Source: Gammaproteobacteria bacterium (GTDB lineage: Bacteria; Pseudomonadota; Gammaproteobacteria; Steroidobacterales; Steroidobacteraceae). Taken from it: a DNA stretch of 58,203 nt. The stretch is from assembly GCA_043746615.1 (NCBI GenBank), contig JAYTQR010000205.1:1-58203 (forward strand), given 5' to 3'. Below the pieces are notes generated by a model. It was not told the origin of the DNA. It did no database searches and saw nothing but the letters and a program-made list of their open reading frames with translations. A program made the position numbers and the translations under genes. Of this stretch, positions 38,399-49,833 are shown piece after piece; the stretch's first letter is position 1, and every line of letters starts with the position of its first letter.

Positions 38399-40987
38399 CT
38401 AATTTGCGGACCGCTTCCTCGGTACCGGGGCGACCGCCCACTTCGCCCCCGCCCCGGCCTTCACGACCGGTCGGGGTTTCTTCACGACCGCCTTGCGCTT
38501 TCCGGCCGGCTCGGACTTTGCGATCTTTTTAGGCTTTGAGGCCGTCTTGATCAGGATGCGCTTTTTCGCCGCCGCCGTGGCAAGTGTGCGTGCCGAGCTG
38601 AGCGGACGCGGCGCGGCGCGGCCTGCTGCTGCCGTTACTGCCGCAGAACCGGCGACGGCCGGCGCTTTCGCCCCTTTGCGGCCCCATTTGCTGAACGTGC
38701 GCACCGGTGCGGCGGCTAGTAGGGCCTGACAGTCGGCAAGCGACAGGCTCTTTGGCTCGCGATCCTTCGGGATCTTCGCATTGCGCGCTTTGTCGGTGAT
38801 GTACGGTCCGAAACGGCCGTTCAGCACTTGGATGCCGGCCTCCGCAAAGTCCAGGATCAGGCGGCTCGCATCGGCGTTTTCCTTTTCGCGTATCACCTCG
38901 AGCGCGCGTTCCAGCGAAACCGTGTACGGGTCGTCGGTTTTCAGTGAGGCGTACTTGGCGCCGTATTTGACGTACGGACCGAAGCGGCCGACGTTTGCCG
39001 TGATCTCGACGCCGTCCGGCGTCATGCCGAGCTTGCGCGGCAGCTTGAACAGCTCCAACGCGTCCGCACGTGTGATCGCATCCATTTTCTGCCCTGGCCG
39101 CAGACCCGCGAAGCGCGGCTTGTCGGCGTCATCCTTGGTGCCGATTTGCACGAACGGACCGAAACGACCCATGCGTACGCTCATCGGCTTGCCGCTCGCG
39201 GGATCCGCCCCTAAGTCGCGGGCCTGCGCCACCTCTTCGCGGCTCACCGACGTTTCAGTGTGATTGACCAGATTGATGAACGGTTTCCAAAACCGCTCGA
39301 GCAGCGGCACCCACTCCTGGTCGCCCGAGGCGACGGCGTCCAGCGAGTCCTCCATCTTGGCGGTAAAGTCGTAGTCGACGTAGGTCGTGAAGTATTGCGT
39401 CAAAAAGCGGCTGACGATCTTGCCGATGTCGGTTGCCGTAAAACGCCGGTTCTCGATCTCGACGTAACCGCGATCGCGCAGCGTGGAAATGATCGACGCA
39501 TAGGTCGACGGTCTGCCTATCCCATATTCCTCCAGGGCCTTGACGAGGGAAGCCTCGGAGAAGCGCGGCGGCGGTTCGGTGAAGTGCTGGGCCGGGACGA
39601 GGCTGCGCAGCGCGACGCGATCGCCCGCTTGCATCGGCGGCAGCACATGGTCCGAGTCGTCCTGCACGTCGTCATCCGTACCCTCCTGGTACACGGATAT
39701 GTACCCGGGCTTGACGAGGGTTGAGCCGTTGGCGCGTAACAGGTTGCGCCGCGGCCCATTCTCGCCCGCGAGCATCTCGACCGCCACCGTATCGAAGACG
39801 GCGGGAGCCATCTGGCAGGCGACGGTGCGCTTCCAGATCAATGCGTACAAACGGTATTGATCTGCATCGATTTTCTTTTCAATATCGGCGGGCAGCACGG
39901 CCGCGGCGGTGGGGCGGATCGCCTCATGCGCCTCCTGCGCGTTCTTGGCTTTGGTGCGATAGGCCCGCGGCTCATCCGAAAGTCCTTCGGCGCCGTACAA
40001 ATTGACGATCACATCGCGAATTTGTCCGACCGCTTCCTGCGCAAGGTTCAGCGAGTCGGTGCGCATGTAGCTGATTAAACCGACCGCGCCCTCGCCGATA
40101 TCGACGCCCTCGTAGAGCTGCTGTGCGACGCGCATCGTTTTCTGCGCGCTGAAGCCGAGTTTGCGCGCGGCCTCCTGCTGCAACGTCGACGTCGTGAACG
40201 GCGGCGCCGGGTTGCGGCGCCGTTGTTTTCGGTCTACCGCCAGCACGATGAGTTCGCCACGCGCGGCGCTATTGACCTTACGCTCCACCTCGCGGGCCTG
40301 GGTCTCGCTGGTGAAGCTGAACTGCTCGACTTTGGCGCCGGAGTATTCGACCAGTTTGCCAGCGAATTGCTGCTGCGTATGTGCCAGTTCGGCGTCGATC
40401 GTCCAGTATTCGCGTGGAACGAATGCAGCGATTTCGTCCTCGCGTTCGCAAATCATCCGCAGCGCCGGGCTCTGCACGCGGCCGGCCGACAAGCCCGGGC
40501 GCACCTTTTTCCACAGCAGCGGCGATAGATTGAACCCCACCAGGTAATCGAGTGCGCGCCGCGCCTGCTGCGCATTAACCAAATCGACCGATAGCCGGCG
40601 CGGATGCTGCATCGCATCCCGCACGGCGCTTTTTGTGATCTCGTAGAACACGACGCGCTGCACCTCCTTGCCCCGCAGTTCTCCCTGCGCCTTCAGCAAC
40701 TCGTGCAAGTGCCAGGAAATCGCCTCGCCCTCGCGGTCCGGATCGGTGGCGAGGTAGAGCGCATCGGCTTTCTTCAGAGCCTTGGAGATCGCGTTGACAT
40801 GCTTCTGGTTGCGCTCGACGACCTGATATTTCATCGCAAAGCCATGCGCCGGGTCGACCGCACCCTCTTTCGGCACCAAATCGCGAACGTGACCGTACGA
40901 GGCCAGCACCGCGAAGTCTTTGCCGAGGTACTTCTGGATGGTCTTCGCCTTGGCCGGCGATTCAACGATAACGAGATTGCTGCTCAA
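38399..40987 (-). CDS. topA: DNA topoisomerase I
   Basis: [22 protein letters not shown] Toprim start, with type IA core motifs throughout. 862 aa with a Lys/Ala-rich basic C-terminal tail. TTG start. Confidence 0.94.
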   Translation of the reverse strand: MSSNLVIVESPAKAKTIQKYLGKDFAVLASYGHVRDLVPKEGAVDPAHGFAMKYQVVERNQKHVNAISKALKKADALYLATDPDREGEAISWHLHELLKAQGELRGKEVQRVVFYEITKSAVRDAMQHPRRLSVDLVNAQQARRALDYLVGFNLSPLLWKKVRPGLSAGRVQSPALRMICEREDEIAAFVPREYWTIDAELAHTQQQFAGKLVEYSGAKVEQFSFTSETQAREVERKVNSAARGELIVLAVDRKQRRRNPAPPFTTSTLQQEAARKLGFSAQKTMRVAQQLYEGVDIGEGAVGLISYMRTDSLNLAQEAVGQIRDVIVNLYGAEGLSDEPRAYRTKAKNAQEAHEAIRPTAAAVLPADIEKKIDADQYRLYALIWKRTVACQMAPAVFDTVAVEMLAGENGPRRNLLRANGSTLVKPGYISVYQEGTDDDVQDDSDHVLPPMQAGDRVALRSLVPAQHFTEPPPRFSEASLVKALEEYGIGRPSTYASIISTLRDRGYVEIENRRFTATDIGKIVSRFLTQYFTTYVDYDFTAKMEDSLDAVASGDQEWVPLLERFWKPFINLVNHTETSVSREEVAQARDLGADPASGKPMSVRMGRFGPFVQIGTKDDADKPRFAGLRPGQKMDAITRADALELFKLPRKLGMTPDGVEITANVGRFGPYVKYGAKYASLKTDDPYTVSLERALEVIREKENADASRLILDFAEAGIQVLNGRFGPYITDKARNAKIPKDREPKSLSLADCQALLAAAPVRTFSKWGRKGAKAPAVAGSAAVTAAAGRAAPRPLSSARTLATAAAKKRILIKTASKPKKIAKSEPAGKRKAVVKKPRPVVKAGAGAKWAVAPVPRKRSAN

Positions 40988-40993
40988 AGCCGT

Positions 40994-41467
40994 CTAATGC
41001 AATGCGTCGCGGCGCTCTTCGAAGACCAGGTCTTCCATCTGCGCATAAGCCGATTCTTGTCCGGGCTGACTGAACAGTACCATCAGAACCACCCATTTCA
41101 CCTGTTCGATATCGATCTCGTCGGCGTCCAACGCCATTAAACGGTCGATGACGAGTTCGCGCTCCCCGACGGACAGAATCCGCAGGTTTTCCAGATACAT
41201 CAAATAGCCGCGCACGTCGGTGTCGAGGCGCAGCAGCTCATGGCCGCTGAACACGCGCACCGCGCGCGCGGTCGCCTCGGCCACCTTGCCGAGTTGTTCG
41301 CCGGACAATCCGTCGAGCCACTCCAGCGCCCGGTCGATGTCCGGTTCGGCGAATCCGGCTTTATTCAGTTCCATTTTCAAGTTGCTGCGGTCAGGCCGCG
41401 GCGCATCGTCCGCACTCATGTAATTCTCGAACAGATAGATGAGCAGATCGAGAACGTTGTCTTTCAC
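40994..41467 (-). CDS. smg: Smg protein (DUF494)
   Basis: MKDNVLDLLIYLFENYM... and conserved dprA-smg-topA synteny. Confidence 0.88.
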   Translation of the reverse strand: MKDNVLDLLIYLFENYMSADDAPRPDRSNLKMELNKAGFAEPDIDRALEWLDGLSGEQLGKVAEATARAVRVFSGHELLRLDTDVRGYLMYLENLRILSVGERELVIDRLMALDADEIDIEQVKWVVLMVLFSQPGQESAYAQMEDLVFEERRDALH

Positions 41468-41471
41468 CTCA

Positions 41472-42593
41472 TCAGCTCCTGGCGACTCGGGAGTAGCGGC
41501 CCCCGGGAGCGGCCTGAACGTGGCCTTCGAGCTCGAGGATCAGCATCATCGAGGACACGGCATCTGCCTTGAAGCCGGTACGAACGACCAAGGTGTCGAT
41601 GTCCGTAGGATCAAAGCCGAGCGCATCTAACAAGATTTTATGTTCCTTGTCCATTCCCGCCGCCGGCGCGCTTGACGCGCCGGCGGCGGGGCGGACCGGC
41701 GCGAGGAACCCGGAAAAGTTCAATTCGCTCAATATGTCATCGGCCGTTTCGGTCAATTTAGCGCCCTGGCGAATCAGCTGATGACAGCCGCGAGTCAAGG
41801 GATTATGGATCGAGCCGGGAATCGCGAACACCTCGCGGCCCTGCTCGCCGGCGAGCCGCGCCGTGATCAGCGAGCCGCTGCGGCGCGCGGCTTCGACCAC
41901 GAGGGTGCCTAGCGCGAGGCCGGCGATGATACGGTTTCGCCGCGGAAAATTGCCGCGGCTAACCGGCGTTCCCAACGGGAATTCGCTGACCAACGCGCCG
42001 TGGCACGCGATTTCCTCGCCAAGTTCGCGGTTGCCGGCAGGGTAGATCACGTCGATGCCCGAGCCGAGTACGGCGATCGTCATGCCCTTGCCGGCGAGAG
42101 CGCCACGATGCGCTTCTGTGTCGATCCCGGTCGCAAGCCCGCTCGTGATGGCAAGTCCCCGTTGTGCAAGATATTCCGCAAACGCAAAGGCGGTTTCTCG
42201 GCCCTGCCTGGTCGGATTGCGGCTGCCGACGACGGCGAGCTGCGGATCATTCAGTGCGCCGCTGTTGCCGGCCACGTAGATCGCGACCGGGCAATCGGCC
42301 GCTGTGCGCAATAACTGCGGGAATCGCGGGTCGGTAAACGGCACGACATCGTGACCGGGAACGGCGAGCCACGAGCGCTCGGCCATGGACGGCGCGGCGG
42401 CGGGGCTTTGCAGAAACGCGCGCGCGGCAGGCGGCAGCCCGGCCCGTGCGCGCAAGTGATCGGGAGCGGCGAGGATACCGGCGGCCTGACCCAACGTGTC
42501 GAGCGCGGTCGCCAGCAGCGGCACATTGAGCTGCGGCGTACGGGTCAACGTCACCCAAGCTAATCGGTCGTCGTGGAGCGGCATGTACGGCAT
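41472..42593 (-). CDS. dprA: DNA-processing protein DprA
   Basis: LAVVGSRNPT..G...A..LA..L...GL.I.SGLA.GID..AH and the C-terminal DprA winged-helix. 373 aa. Confidence 0.92.
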   Translation of the reverse strand: MPYMPLHDDRLAWVTLTRTPQLNVPLLATALDTLGQAAGILAAPDHLRARAGLPPAARAFLQSPAAAPSMAERSWLAVPGHDVVPFTDPRFPQLLRTAADCPVAIYVAGNSGALNDPQLAVVGSRNPTRQGRETAFAFAEYLAQRGLAITSGLATGIDTEAHRGALAGKGMTIAVLGSGIDVIYPAGNRELGEEIACHGALVSEFPLGTPVSRGNFPRRNRIIAGLALGTLVVEAARRSGSLITARLAGEQGREVFAIPGSIHNPLTRGCHQLIRQGAKLTETADDILSELNFSGFLAPVRPAAGASSAPAAGMDKEHKILLDALGFDPTDIDTLVVRTGFKADAVSSMMLILELEGHVQAAPGGRYSRVARS

Positions 42594-42687
42594 TATCGCC
42601 GATCAGCACCGCGCACACCGCCCGCAAGCCGGCCGCGTCACGCCGGTCGGCGTGGTCGAACGGGCCGTGCGATGCCCTCTGTGTACC

Positions 42688-43950
42688 CTATTGAGGGCTC
42701 TCGACCTTGTCCTGGACGCTGATGATGTTCTGCGCCTCCATGATCAAACCGTAGCTGATGCGATCGAACGCCTTGAAGACCATGAAGGTGCCGGTGGGTT
42801 CGTCCGGCAGCCGCACCTTCCTCGAAAAGACGGTCCGCGACCCGGACAGATAGCCGTGCTTTTCGTTGTCGCGGACGACTTCTCCGGTCTTGTACACCGC
42901 CAGCACGTTGCCGGCGACGAGGCCGTCGCGCGCACCGCGATCGATGACCACCACTTCGTATTGGCCGATGACGGTCGCCCCGTCGGTGACCGCGATGATG
43001 CGTCCATCGATCTTCGACTTCGGCGCACTCGGAATGAAGTCGAGCGGTACGTCGGCCTCGGCAGCTATGACTTTGTCGCCGGGTTCGGACTCCCTGTTCG
43101 ACTCGGTCAGCACCAGTGTGGCTGGGCTGCCGCTGCGCGTGACGCGGGCGGTGCCGGTTAAAATGCCGTCATATCCGAGGATTTTGCGGCTGCCGGGGTC
43201 GTGCAAGGCGTCGCCCACGCGCACGATGTTGTAGCTCGTGCCGATTTCCGGCGGATGCGCGAAGCCCATCGCATAGACGGTGTTGCCTGCGGCGATCGCC
43301 GCGTGATCGTTCAGCGAGGCAACCAAGTATGGGGCGCCCCTGATTTGTTCCCGCGACAACACGGAAGGTTTCGACATGAATGCCGCAACCGTCGCGTACG
43401 GTATCGTCGTCACGGCCGCCTGCAACGGTTCGCTGCGCACGCGCGGCAGCACGCGCACGTCGATACCGCGCTGCGCCGCCCCACTCGAGCGTTCGGCGCG
43501 CTGCAACATGAGCTGCGGCCGCCCCCCGACATAAATCAGCCGCAGCGTGTCGCCCGGATATATCAGGTGGGGATTGCGGATGTGCGGATTCTCTTGCCAG
43601 ATTTCCGGCCAATGCCATGGATCGCGCAAGAACACCTGGGCGATCCCCCACAAGGTGTCGCCGCGCTTGACGACGTAGGAATCCGGTGCGTTCGGCGCCA
43701 ATAGGGCGCTGCTCGTCGCCGGCGAGGCGAGCGCTGTGACCGTCGCTCCGGCCGACGCCGCGCTATCCGCGGACTGGTCAGCAGCGGCTTGCATCGCCGT
43801 GCGATCAGCGCGCGCCGGCGTGCCCGGCGGCACGGTGACCGGCGCTGCGTCCGCCATCGACGCCGTGTCGAGCGGGCGCTCCGACCGGCACCCCGCGACC
43901 AGTGCGACCGCTACTAATAGGGCACCTAAGTGTCTTTGTTTACTCGACAT
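42688..43950 (-). CDS. LysM peptidoglycan-binding domain-containing lipoprotein
   Basis: ATG at 43950 gives MSSKQRHLGALLVAVALVAGC (lipobox). LysM motif YVVKRGDTLWGIAQ. Conserved position between dprA and def. The ORF could extend to the ATG at 43974. Confidence 0.85.
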   Translation of the reverse strand: MSSKQRHLGALLVAVALVAGCRSERPLDTASMADAAPVTVPPGTPARADRTAMQAAADQSADSAASAGATVTALASPATSSALLAPNAPDSYVVKRGDTLWGIAQVFLRDPWHWPEIWQENPHIRNPHLIYPGDTLRLIYVGGRPQLMLQRAERSSGAAQRGIDVRVLPRVRSEPLQAAVTTIPYATVAAFMSKPSVLSREQIRGAPYLVASLNDHAAIAAGNTVYAMGFAHPPEIGTSYNIVRVGDALHDPGSRKILGYDGILTGTARVTRSGSPATLVLTESNRESEPGDKVIAAEADVPLDFIPSAPKSKIDGRIIAVTDGATVIGQYEVVVIDRGARDGLVAGNVLAVYKTGEVVRDNEKHGYLSGSRTVFSRKVRLPDEPTGTFMVFKAFDRISYGLIMEAQNIISVQDKVESPQ

Positions 43951-44178
43951 CGGCTGAATCTTCTGCGGCTGCATGCGCGTTGCTCCATTGCGTCGCCTGT
44001 CGGTCGGTGATGGGCTGACTGATATACTTCCTGCCCGCCGCCGAAGACTGGGACGTATCGCTCCATTTTTCGGTTCGGCGGCGTATTTGACGCCGCCGCA
44101 GCTTGTATTAAGTTAAGCAGTGGCGGAACTTTAGCAACATTCTTCAGCCAAAAACACGATATTGCTCTCATAACTCCC

Positions 44179-44718
44179 ATGCCAAAGTTAGTAATTCTCG
44201 AGTATCCCGATCCGCGGCTGCGGACCAAGGCCGTGCCGGTCGCCGGCGTCGATCAGGAAATGCGTCAATTGGTCGACGACATGCTGGAGACTATGTATGC
44301 ATCCAATGGCCTCGGGCTAGCGGCCACCCAAGTGAACGTCCATAAGCGGCTGCTGGTCATCGACGTCAGCGAAGCGCGCGATGAGCCCCGGGTGTTCATC
44401 AACCCACAACTCGCCAGTGCCGCGGGCGAATGCATGATCGAAGAGGGCTGCCTGTCTCTGCCTGGCATTTACGCGCGAGTCAAGCGCGCGCCGCAGATCC
44501 GTGTGCGCGCGCTAGGACGCGACGGGTTGCCGTTCGAAATGGACGCCGACGGCTTGGTTGCGGTCTGTATCCAGCACGAAATGGACCATTTGGAGGGGCG
44601 GCTGTTCGTCGATTATCTGTCGGACCTGAAGCGTCAACTGATCCGCAGGCGTCTGGTGAAAGAACGCCGCCAGCGCGAGGCGGCGAGCGAGATTCACGCC
44701 GTCGCCCCGGCCCTTTGA
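44179..44718 (+). CDS. def: peptide deformylase
   Basis: [14 protein letters not shown] and HEMDH motifs. Confidence 0.95.
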   Translation: MPKLVILEYPDPRLRTKAVPVAGVDQEMRQLVDDMLETMYASNGLGLAATQVNVHKRLLVIDVSEARDEPRVFINPQLASAAGECMIEEGCLSLPGIYARVKRAPQIRVRALGRDGLPFEMDADGLVAVCIQHEMDHLEGRLFVDYLSDLKRQLIRRRLVKERRQREAASEIHAVAPAL

Positions 44719-44721
44719 GCC

Positions 44722-45681
44722 TTGAATCACGAACCGGCGCCGCTGCGGCTCGCCTTCGCCGGCACGCCGCCGTTCGCGGTTGCCGCGTTCAACGCTCTTG
44801 CCGCGACGCGGCATGAGATTCGCGGCGTCTTCACGCAGGCAGACCGGCCCGCCGGCCGCGGCCGCATGCCGCAGCGCAGCGCAGTCAAGGTACGTGCGGC
44901 CGAACTTGGCATCCCCGTGCATCAGCCCGCGAGTTTCCAGTCACCCGAGGCCGCGGCGCTGCTGCACAGCCTCGCAGTGGATGCATTCGTCGTCGTTGCC
45001 TATGGCTTGATTCTGCCGGCGCCGGTGCTGGCGGTGCCGGCACTCGGCTGCTTCAATATCCATGCCTCTTTATTGCCGCGCTGGCGCGGCGCCGCGCCGA
45101 TCCAGCGGGCGATTCTCGCCGGCGACCGCACGACCGGCGTATCGATCATGCGGATGGCGGCCGGGCTCGATACGGGCTCCGTGCTGTTGCGCCGCGCGGT
45201 CGAGATCACGGCGCACGATACGGCGCAAACCCTGCACGACCGGCTGGCCGTGCTCGGCGGCGAACTGATTTGCGCAGCACTCGAGCAAGTCGCCCGAGGC
45301 GCGGCCGTCGACGAGCCGCAAGCCGACCAGGGCGCGACGTACGCCGCGAAAATCGACAAATCCGAGGCACTGATCGACTGGAGCATGGATGCCGACGCGA
45401 TCGTCCGCAAGGTCCGCGCCTTCAATCCACGGCCGGTCGCGGAGACGCGCTGGGGCGGCGTACAGTTGCGCATTTGGGACGCCGAAGCCGCCGCGCCACC
45501 CGCGGCCGGCGGTGCGCCGCCCGGCACGGTGCTCGGCGTCGCGGACGGCGGCATCGAAGTCGCTTGCGGGCTCGGTATCGTGCGAATCAAGCGGCTGCAG
45601 CTGCCGGGGCGCAAGCCGCAGGAGGCGCGTGAATTCGCGCATGCGGAGCCGCTCGCCGGCGCAAGCCTGCGCAGCCCATGA
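44722..45681 (+). CDS. fmt: methionyl-tRNA formyltransferase
   Basis: LRLAFAGTPPFAV..., NIHASLLPRWRGAAPIQRAI, def-fmt synteny. TTG start. Confidence 0.93.
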   Translation: MNHEPAPLRLAFAGTPPFAVAAFNALAATRHEIRGVFTQADRPAGRGRMPQRSAVKVRAAELGIPVHQPASFQSPEAAALLHSLAVDAFVVVAYGLILPAPVLAVPALGCFNIHASLLPRWRGAAPIQRAILAGDRTTGVSIMRMAAGLDTGSVLLRRAVEITAHDTAQTLHDRLAVLGGELICAALEQVARGAAVDEPQADQGATYAAKIDKSEALIDWSMDADAIVRKVRAFNPRPVAETRWGGVQLRIWDAEAAAPPAAGGAPPGTVLGVADGGIEVACGLGIVRIKRLQLPGRKPQEAREFAHAEPLAGASLRSP

Positions 45682-47000
45682 ACGCCGCCGCGGGCGCGCG
45701 CGCCGTCGGCGCCTACGCGTTGGCGCGGATCCTGCGCGAGGGTGTCACGCTCGACGCCGCGCTGCGCGACGCGCTCGCTGCGGCGCGGCCCGAACTCGTA
45801 CCGGCAGTGCGATCCTTGACCTACGGTGCGGTGCGCGGCTATCACCGTCATCAGGCGATTCTGGGTTCACTGTTGTCGCAACCGGTCGGCTCTCTCGAGC
45901 CACTGGTGCGCGCCTTGTTGTCCGTGGCGCTGTTCGAACTGGAAGATGCGCGCACGCCAGCGTATGCGGTGGTCGATGCGGCCGTGGAATGTGCGAAGGC
46001 GAGCGACGCGGCCCGTGCCTGCGGATTGATCAACGCCGTGCTGCGCCGCTATTTGCGCGAACGAGCAGGCGTAGACGCCGGGATCGCGCGTGACGAAGCG
46101 GCGCGCTACGCCGCGCCGGCGTGGCTCGCGCGGCGGATACGCGCCGATTGGCCGGACGAGGCCACGCAGATTCTCGAGGCTCTCGACGCGCACGCGCCGA
46201 TGTGGCTGCGCGTCGACGCGCGGCGTGCGACTGCCGCGGAATATATCGAACGCCTCGAGGCCGCGGGTATCGCCGCCCGTGCCGAACCGCGCGTGCCGCT
46301 GTCCGTCGTGCTGGCCTCGCCCCGCGACGTGCAGCAGCTGCCCGGGTTCGAGCAAGGTTTGGTGTCCGTCCAAGACTTGAGTGCGCAGTGCGCCGTGTTT
46401 CCGTTGGCCCTGGCCGCAGGCCAACGCGTCCTCGATGCCTGCGCGGCGCCGGGCGGCAAGACGGCATTGATGGGGGAGCGTGAACCGCATTTGGCGCAAC
46501 TGGTCGCCGTCGACATTGACCCCCACCGCCTGGCGCGCGTAAGGGAAAATCTCTTGCGCGGCCGGCTTGCGGCGGAACTCGTGCGCGCCGATGTCGCGCG
46601 GCCCGAGACCTGGTGGGACGGCTCGCCGTTCGATCGGGTGCTGCTCGACGCGCCCTGCTCCGCGCTCGGCGTGATCCGCCGCCACCCGGATATTCGTCTA
46701 CGTAAGTCCATGGTTGATATGGATAAATTGCCTCAGCTGCAAGGCCGCCTGCTGGCCGCCGCGTGGCGTATGGTGAGCCCCGGAGGCCGCTTGGTTTATG
46801 CTACCTGCACGTTCTCACGCAGCGAAAATCGGGATGTCGTGGAGGCATTCGTGAGGGCGACACCGGACGCCATCGTCGTACCGGCCGACGCGTGGCCGGA
46901 TTGGCCGGGTTTCGGCCAAGGCGACGGCTTCGGTCGGCAAATCCTACCTGGAGAGGCGGGCGCCGATGGCTTCTATTATGCTGCCTTAAACAAAAGATGA
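45678..47000 (+). CDS. rsmB: 16S rRNA (cytosine967-C5)-methyltransferase
   Basis: ATGA overlap with fmt. NusB-like N-terminus, DACAAPGGKT SAM motif, and DAPCS and TCT(F)S catalytic Cys motifs. Confidence 0.92.
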   Translation: MNAAAGARAVGAYALARILREGVTLDAALRDALAAARPELVPAVRSLTYGAVRGYHRHQAILGSLLSQPVGSLEPLVRALLSVALFELEDARTPAYAVVDAAVECAKASDAARACGLINAVLRRYLRERAGVDAGIARDEAARYAAPAWLARRIRADWPDEATQILEALDAHAPMWLRVDARRATAAEYIERLEAAGIAARAEPRVPLSVVLASPRDVQQLPGFEQGLVSVQDLSAQCAVFPLALAAGQRVLDACAAPGGKTALMGEREPHLAQLVAVDIDPHRLARVRENLLRGRLAAELVRADVARPETWWDGSPFDRVLLDAPCSALGVIRRHPDIRLRKSMVDMDKLPQLQGRLLAAAWRMVSPGGRLVYATCTFSRSENRDVVEAFVRATPDAIVVPADAWPDWPGFGQGDGFGRQILPGEAGADGFYYAALNKR

Positions 47001-47623
47001 ACGACCATTACTCGAAGACGGTGCACCGGCAGCGAGCCGCGATATCGCGGCGCGGCGGGCGGAGCGCGTCTTGGCACGCACTGCTCGCTTGCCTGGGTTT
47101 CTGTGCGTTTGCGGCGGCGGCGGCCGGCCTCGATGGATCTTTCGAAGTGCGCTCGGCCGATCTTGAGCTCAAGGACGGGGTCTATCGGCTGAACGCCAGC
47201 TTCGATCTGCCGATCGGAGAGGCGGTCAAGCGCGGTCTCGACGACGGGGTGCCGTTGACGCTCGAAGTCGATCTGGTCGTCGAACGAGTCCGTCGTCTAC
47301 TGCCGAATACCGACGTCGCTGCGTTGACGCAGCGCTACCATTTGCAATACAACACCGTCAGCGCCCGCTACGTCCTGCGTAACGACAACAGCGGACAGCA
47401 GCAGTCGTTCCCGACGGTGGATTCCGCCCTGGCAGAACTCTCCGAGGTACGCGGCGTGCCGGTGCTGGATCGGTCTTTGCTTTCCGCGGATCTACAGTAT
47501 GTGGTCAACGTACGTGCCAAAGTGGACTACGGCACGGTGCCGCTGACGCTGCGCGTGCTCATGTTCTGGGTCAGCGAATGGCACCGCGAAAGCGATTGGT
47601 ATACGTGGACGCTGCAGCCGTAG
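46997..47623 (+). CDS. DUF4390 domain-containing protein
   Basis: ATGA overlap with rsmB. Signal/TM segment, then FEVRSADLELKDGVYRLNASFDL... Usual partner located upstream of ntrY. Confidence 0.75.
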   Translation: MNDHYSKTVHRQRAAISRRGGRSASWHALLACLGFCAFAAAAAGLDGSFEVRSADLELKDGVYRLNASFDLPIGEAVKRGLDDGVPLTLEVDLVVERVRRLLPNTDVAALTQRYHLQYNTVSARYVLRNDNSGQQQSFPTVDSALAELSEVRGVPVLDRSLLSADLQYVVNVRAKVDYGTVPLTLRVLMFWVSEWHRESDWYTWTLQP

Positions 47624-49833
47624 CACGCAAATACGGCGCAACGGCGCTCGCTGGCGTCGGCGTGGCGCTGTGGCTGGCCGCGCTGTTGCTATTGGCGTCG
47701 GCAGCGCAGAATTCCGAGAAGTTCGATCAATGGCTGCCGTGGATACTGCTGATCAACATCGCCGGCCTGCTGACGCTGTTGGTGCTCCTGGTCGGCAAGC
47801 TGATGGGGCTGGTGGGGGAATACCGACGCCATGTACCGGGCTCGCGGCTCAAAGCGCGCACGGTCGCCGTCTTCAGTCTGCTGGCGGTCGCGCCGATTTT
47901 GGTCGTCTACTATTTCGCGCTGCAATTCCTCAATCGCGGCATCGACTCTTGGTTCGAAGGGGAGGTCAGCCAGGGGTTGAAGGACACGCGCGACCTGTCG
48001 CGCGCCGCGCTCGACTTGCGGGTCCGCGACTTTGAACAAAACACCGTGGCCGTTGCCCACTCGCTCGCCGGTTTGTCCGATTTTGATCTGATCGCGAGTT
48101 TGGACCGCGCACGACACGAAAGCTCGGCGCTGGAATTCACGGTTGTGGGCCCGAGGACGCGGATACTCGCGACCAGCTCCGACCGGCCGATCGATTCGCT
48201 GCCGCTGCCGGCGAGCGACGAAATGATGCTGCAGGTGCGGCGCGGTCGGCCGTTCGCGAGTCTCGACACGGATTCGGCCGGGGGCTATGTGATTCGTGCC
48301 GCGGCGCCGATCGATGCCAGGGGCGATCCGACCTCGCGCGTATTGATTGCGCTTTACCCGGTGCCGGAACAGCTCAGCGAACTGGCCGACACCGTACAGC
48401 GTTCCTACGCCCAGTACGCCAACCTCGTGCAGTTGCGCGAGCCGTTGAAATCGACGTTCGTGCTCATTTTGACGTTCGTCGTGCTGCTGTCCTTGATCGC
48501 GGCGGTCTACGGCGCCTTTTTTGCCGCCCAGCGCCTCGTGCAGCCCGTGCAGGATTTGATAGCTGGCACGCGCGCGGTGGCGCGCGGCGATTACGATACG
48601 AAATTGCCGCTGCCGTCGCGCGACGAGCTGGGGTTTCTGGTGACCTCGTTCAACGACATGACCAAGCGGCTCGCGCGGGCCCGGATCGAGACGCGGCACA
48701 GTCAGCAGGCGGTCGAGGCGCAACGCGCCGGACTCGCGGTGATCCTCGCGCGTTTGTCGACCGGCGTGGTCTCGCTCGAGGCGGATCTGACCGTGCGCAC
48801 CGCCAATCAAGCTGCCAGCGCGATTCTCGGGGTGGATCTCGACGGCGTGATCGGCAAGCGTTTCGACGAAGCGATTAGCGACCTACCGTTATTCCGGCAG
48901 TTCCTCAACGCCGTCAAGCAGCGCCTCGGCGCGGCACATCAGGATTGGCGCGAGCAGATCGAATTGATCTCGGACACCGGCAGGCGCGTATTGATGTGCG
49001 CGTGCACGGCGCTGCCGAACGATATCGGCGCGGAGGCCGGCGTCGTCCTGGTCTTCGACGACATCACGACGCTGCTGCAAGCGCAGCGCGATGCGGCCTG
49101 GGGCGAAGTCGCGCGCCGCTTGGCGCACGAGATCAAGAATCCGCTGACCCCGATTCAATTGTCCGCCGAACGCATGCGCCGCAAATTCCTGACCAGCATG
49201 AATGCCGGTGATGCGCAGGTACTGGAACGTGCGACGCACACCATCATCGCTCAGGTCGATGCGATGAAGCAGATGGTCAACGCGTTCAGCGAGTACGCGC
49301 GGGCGCCGGATTTGCACTTCGCGCGTTTCGATCTGAACCAGCTGATCACCGAAGTCGTAGACCTGTATCGCGCGCAAGCGAGCAACGTCGATCTCAAATT
49401 GACGCTCGAAGAGCACTTGCCGCCGCTGTCGGCCGACCGCGTGCGCATTCGGCAGATCCTGAACAACCTGATCACCAATTCGCTGGAAGCTCTCGAAGGC
49501 CGGGACGGCGCGGCCATCGGCATCGAAACGCGCAGCGCCGAGGACGGTGGCAAGCCCGCCGCGGCAATCGTCGTCGGCGATAACGGCCCCGGGTTCCAAA
49601 GGGACCTGATCGGTACTGTTTTCGATCCATACGTGACCAGCAAGCCGAAGGGCACGGGGCTGGGCCTCGCGATCGTCAAAAAGATCGTTGAAGAACACGG
49701 TGGGCGAATAGAAGCGGATAATCGGTCCACGGGCGGTGCGCGGGTCCGGGTTCTATTGCCGTTGGGCGAAAGCGGCCGCGGGCTCGGCGCCCGCGAACCG
49801 CGAAAAAGCGAACACAGGAGAGAACGCGTATGA
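47578..49833 (+). CDS. ntrY: NtrY-like sensor histidine kinase (TM-HAMP-PAS-HisKA-HATPase)
   Basis: Multiple N-terminal TM helices, HAMP, PAS, H-box RLAHEIKNPLTPI, N-box and G-boxes (GDNGPGF, GTGLGLAIVKKIVEEHGG). Start uncertain (ATG at 47578 overlaps the previous gene by 46 nt). Confidence 0.88.
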   Translation: MAPRKRLVYVDAAAVARKYGATALAGVGVALWLAALLLLASAAQNSEKFDQWLPWILLINIAGLLTLLVLLVGKLMGLVGEYRRHVPGSRLKARTVAVFSLLAVAPILVVYYFALQFLNRGIDSWFEGEVSQGLKDTRDLSRAALDLRVRDFEQNTVAVAHSLAGLSDFDLIASLDRARHESSALEFTVVGPRTRILATSSDRPIDSLPLPASDEMMLQVRRGRPFASLDTDSAGGYVIRAAAPIDARGDPTSRVLIALYPVPEQLSELADTVQRSYAQYANLVQLREPLKSTFVLILTFVVLLSLIAAVYGAFFAAQRLVQPVQDLIAGTRAVARGDYDTKLPLPSRDELGFLVTSFNDMTKRLARARIETRHSQQAVEAQRAGLAVILARLSTGVVSLEADLTVRTANQAASAILGVDLDGVIGKRFDEAISDLPLFRQFLNAVKQRLGAAHQDWREQIELISDTGRRVLMCACTALPNDIGAEAGVVLVFDDITTLLQAQRDAAWGEVARRLAHEIKNPLTPIQLSAERMRRKFLTSMNAGDAQVLERATHTIIAQVDAMKQMVNAFSEYARAPDLHFARFDLNQLITEVVDLYRAQASNVDLKLTLEEHLPPLSADRVRIRQILNNLITNSLEALEGRDGAAIGIETRSAEDGGKPAAAIVVGDNGPGFQRDLIGTVFDPYVTSKPKGTGLGLAIVKKIVEEHGGRIEADNRSTGGARVRVLLPLGESGRGLGAREPRKSEHRRERV

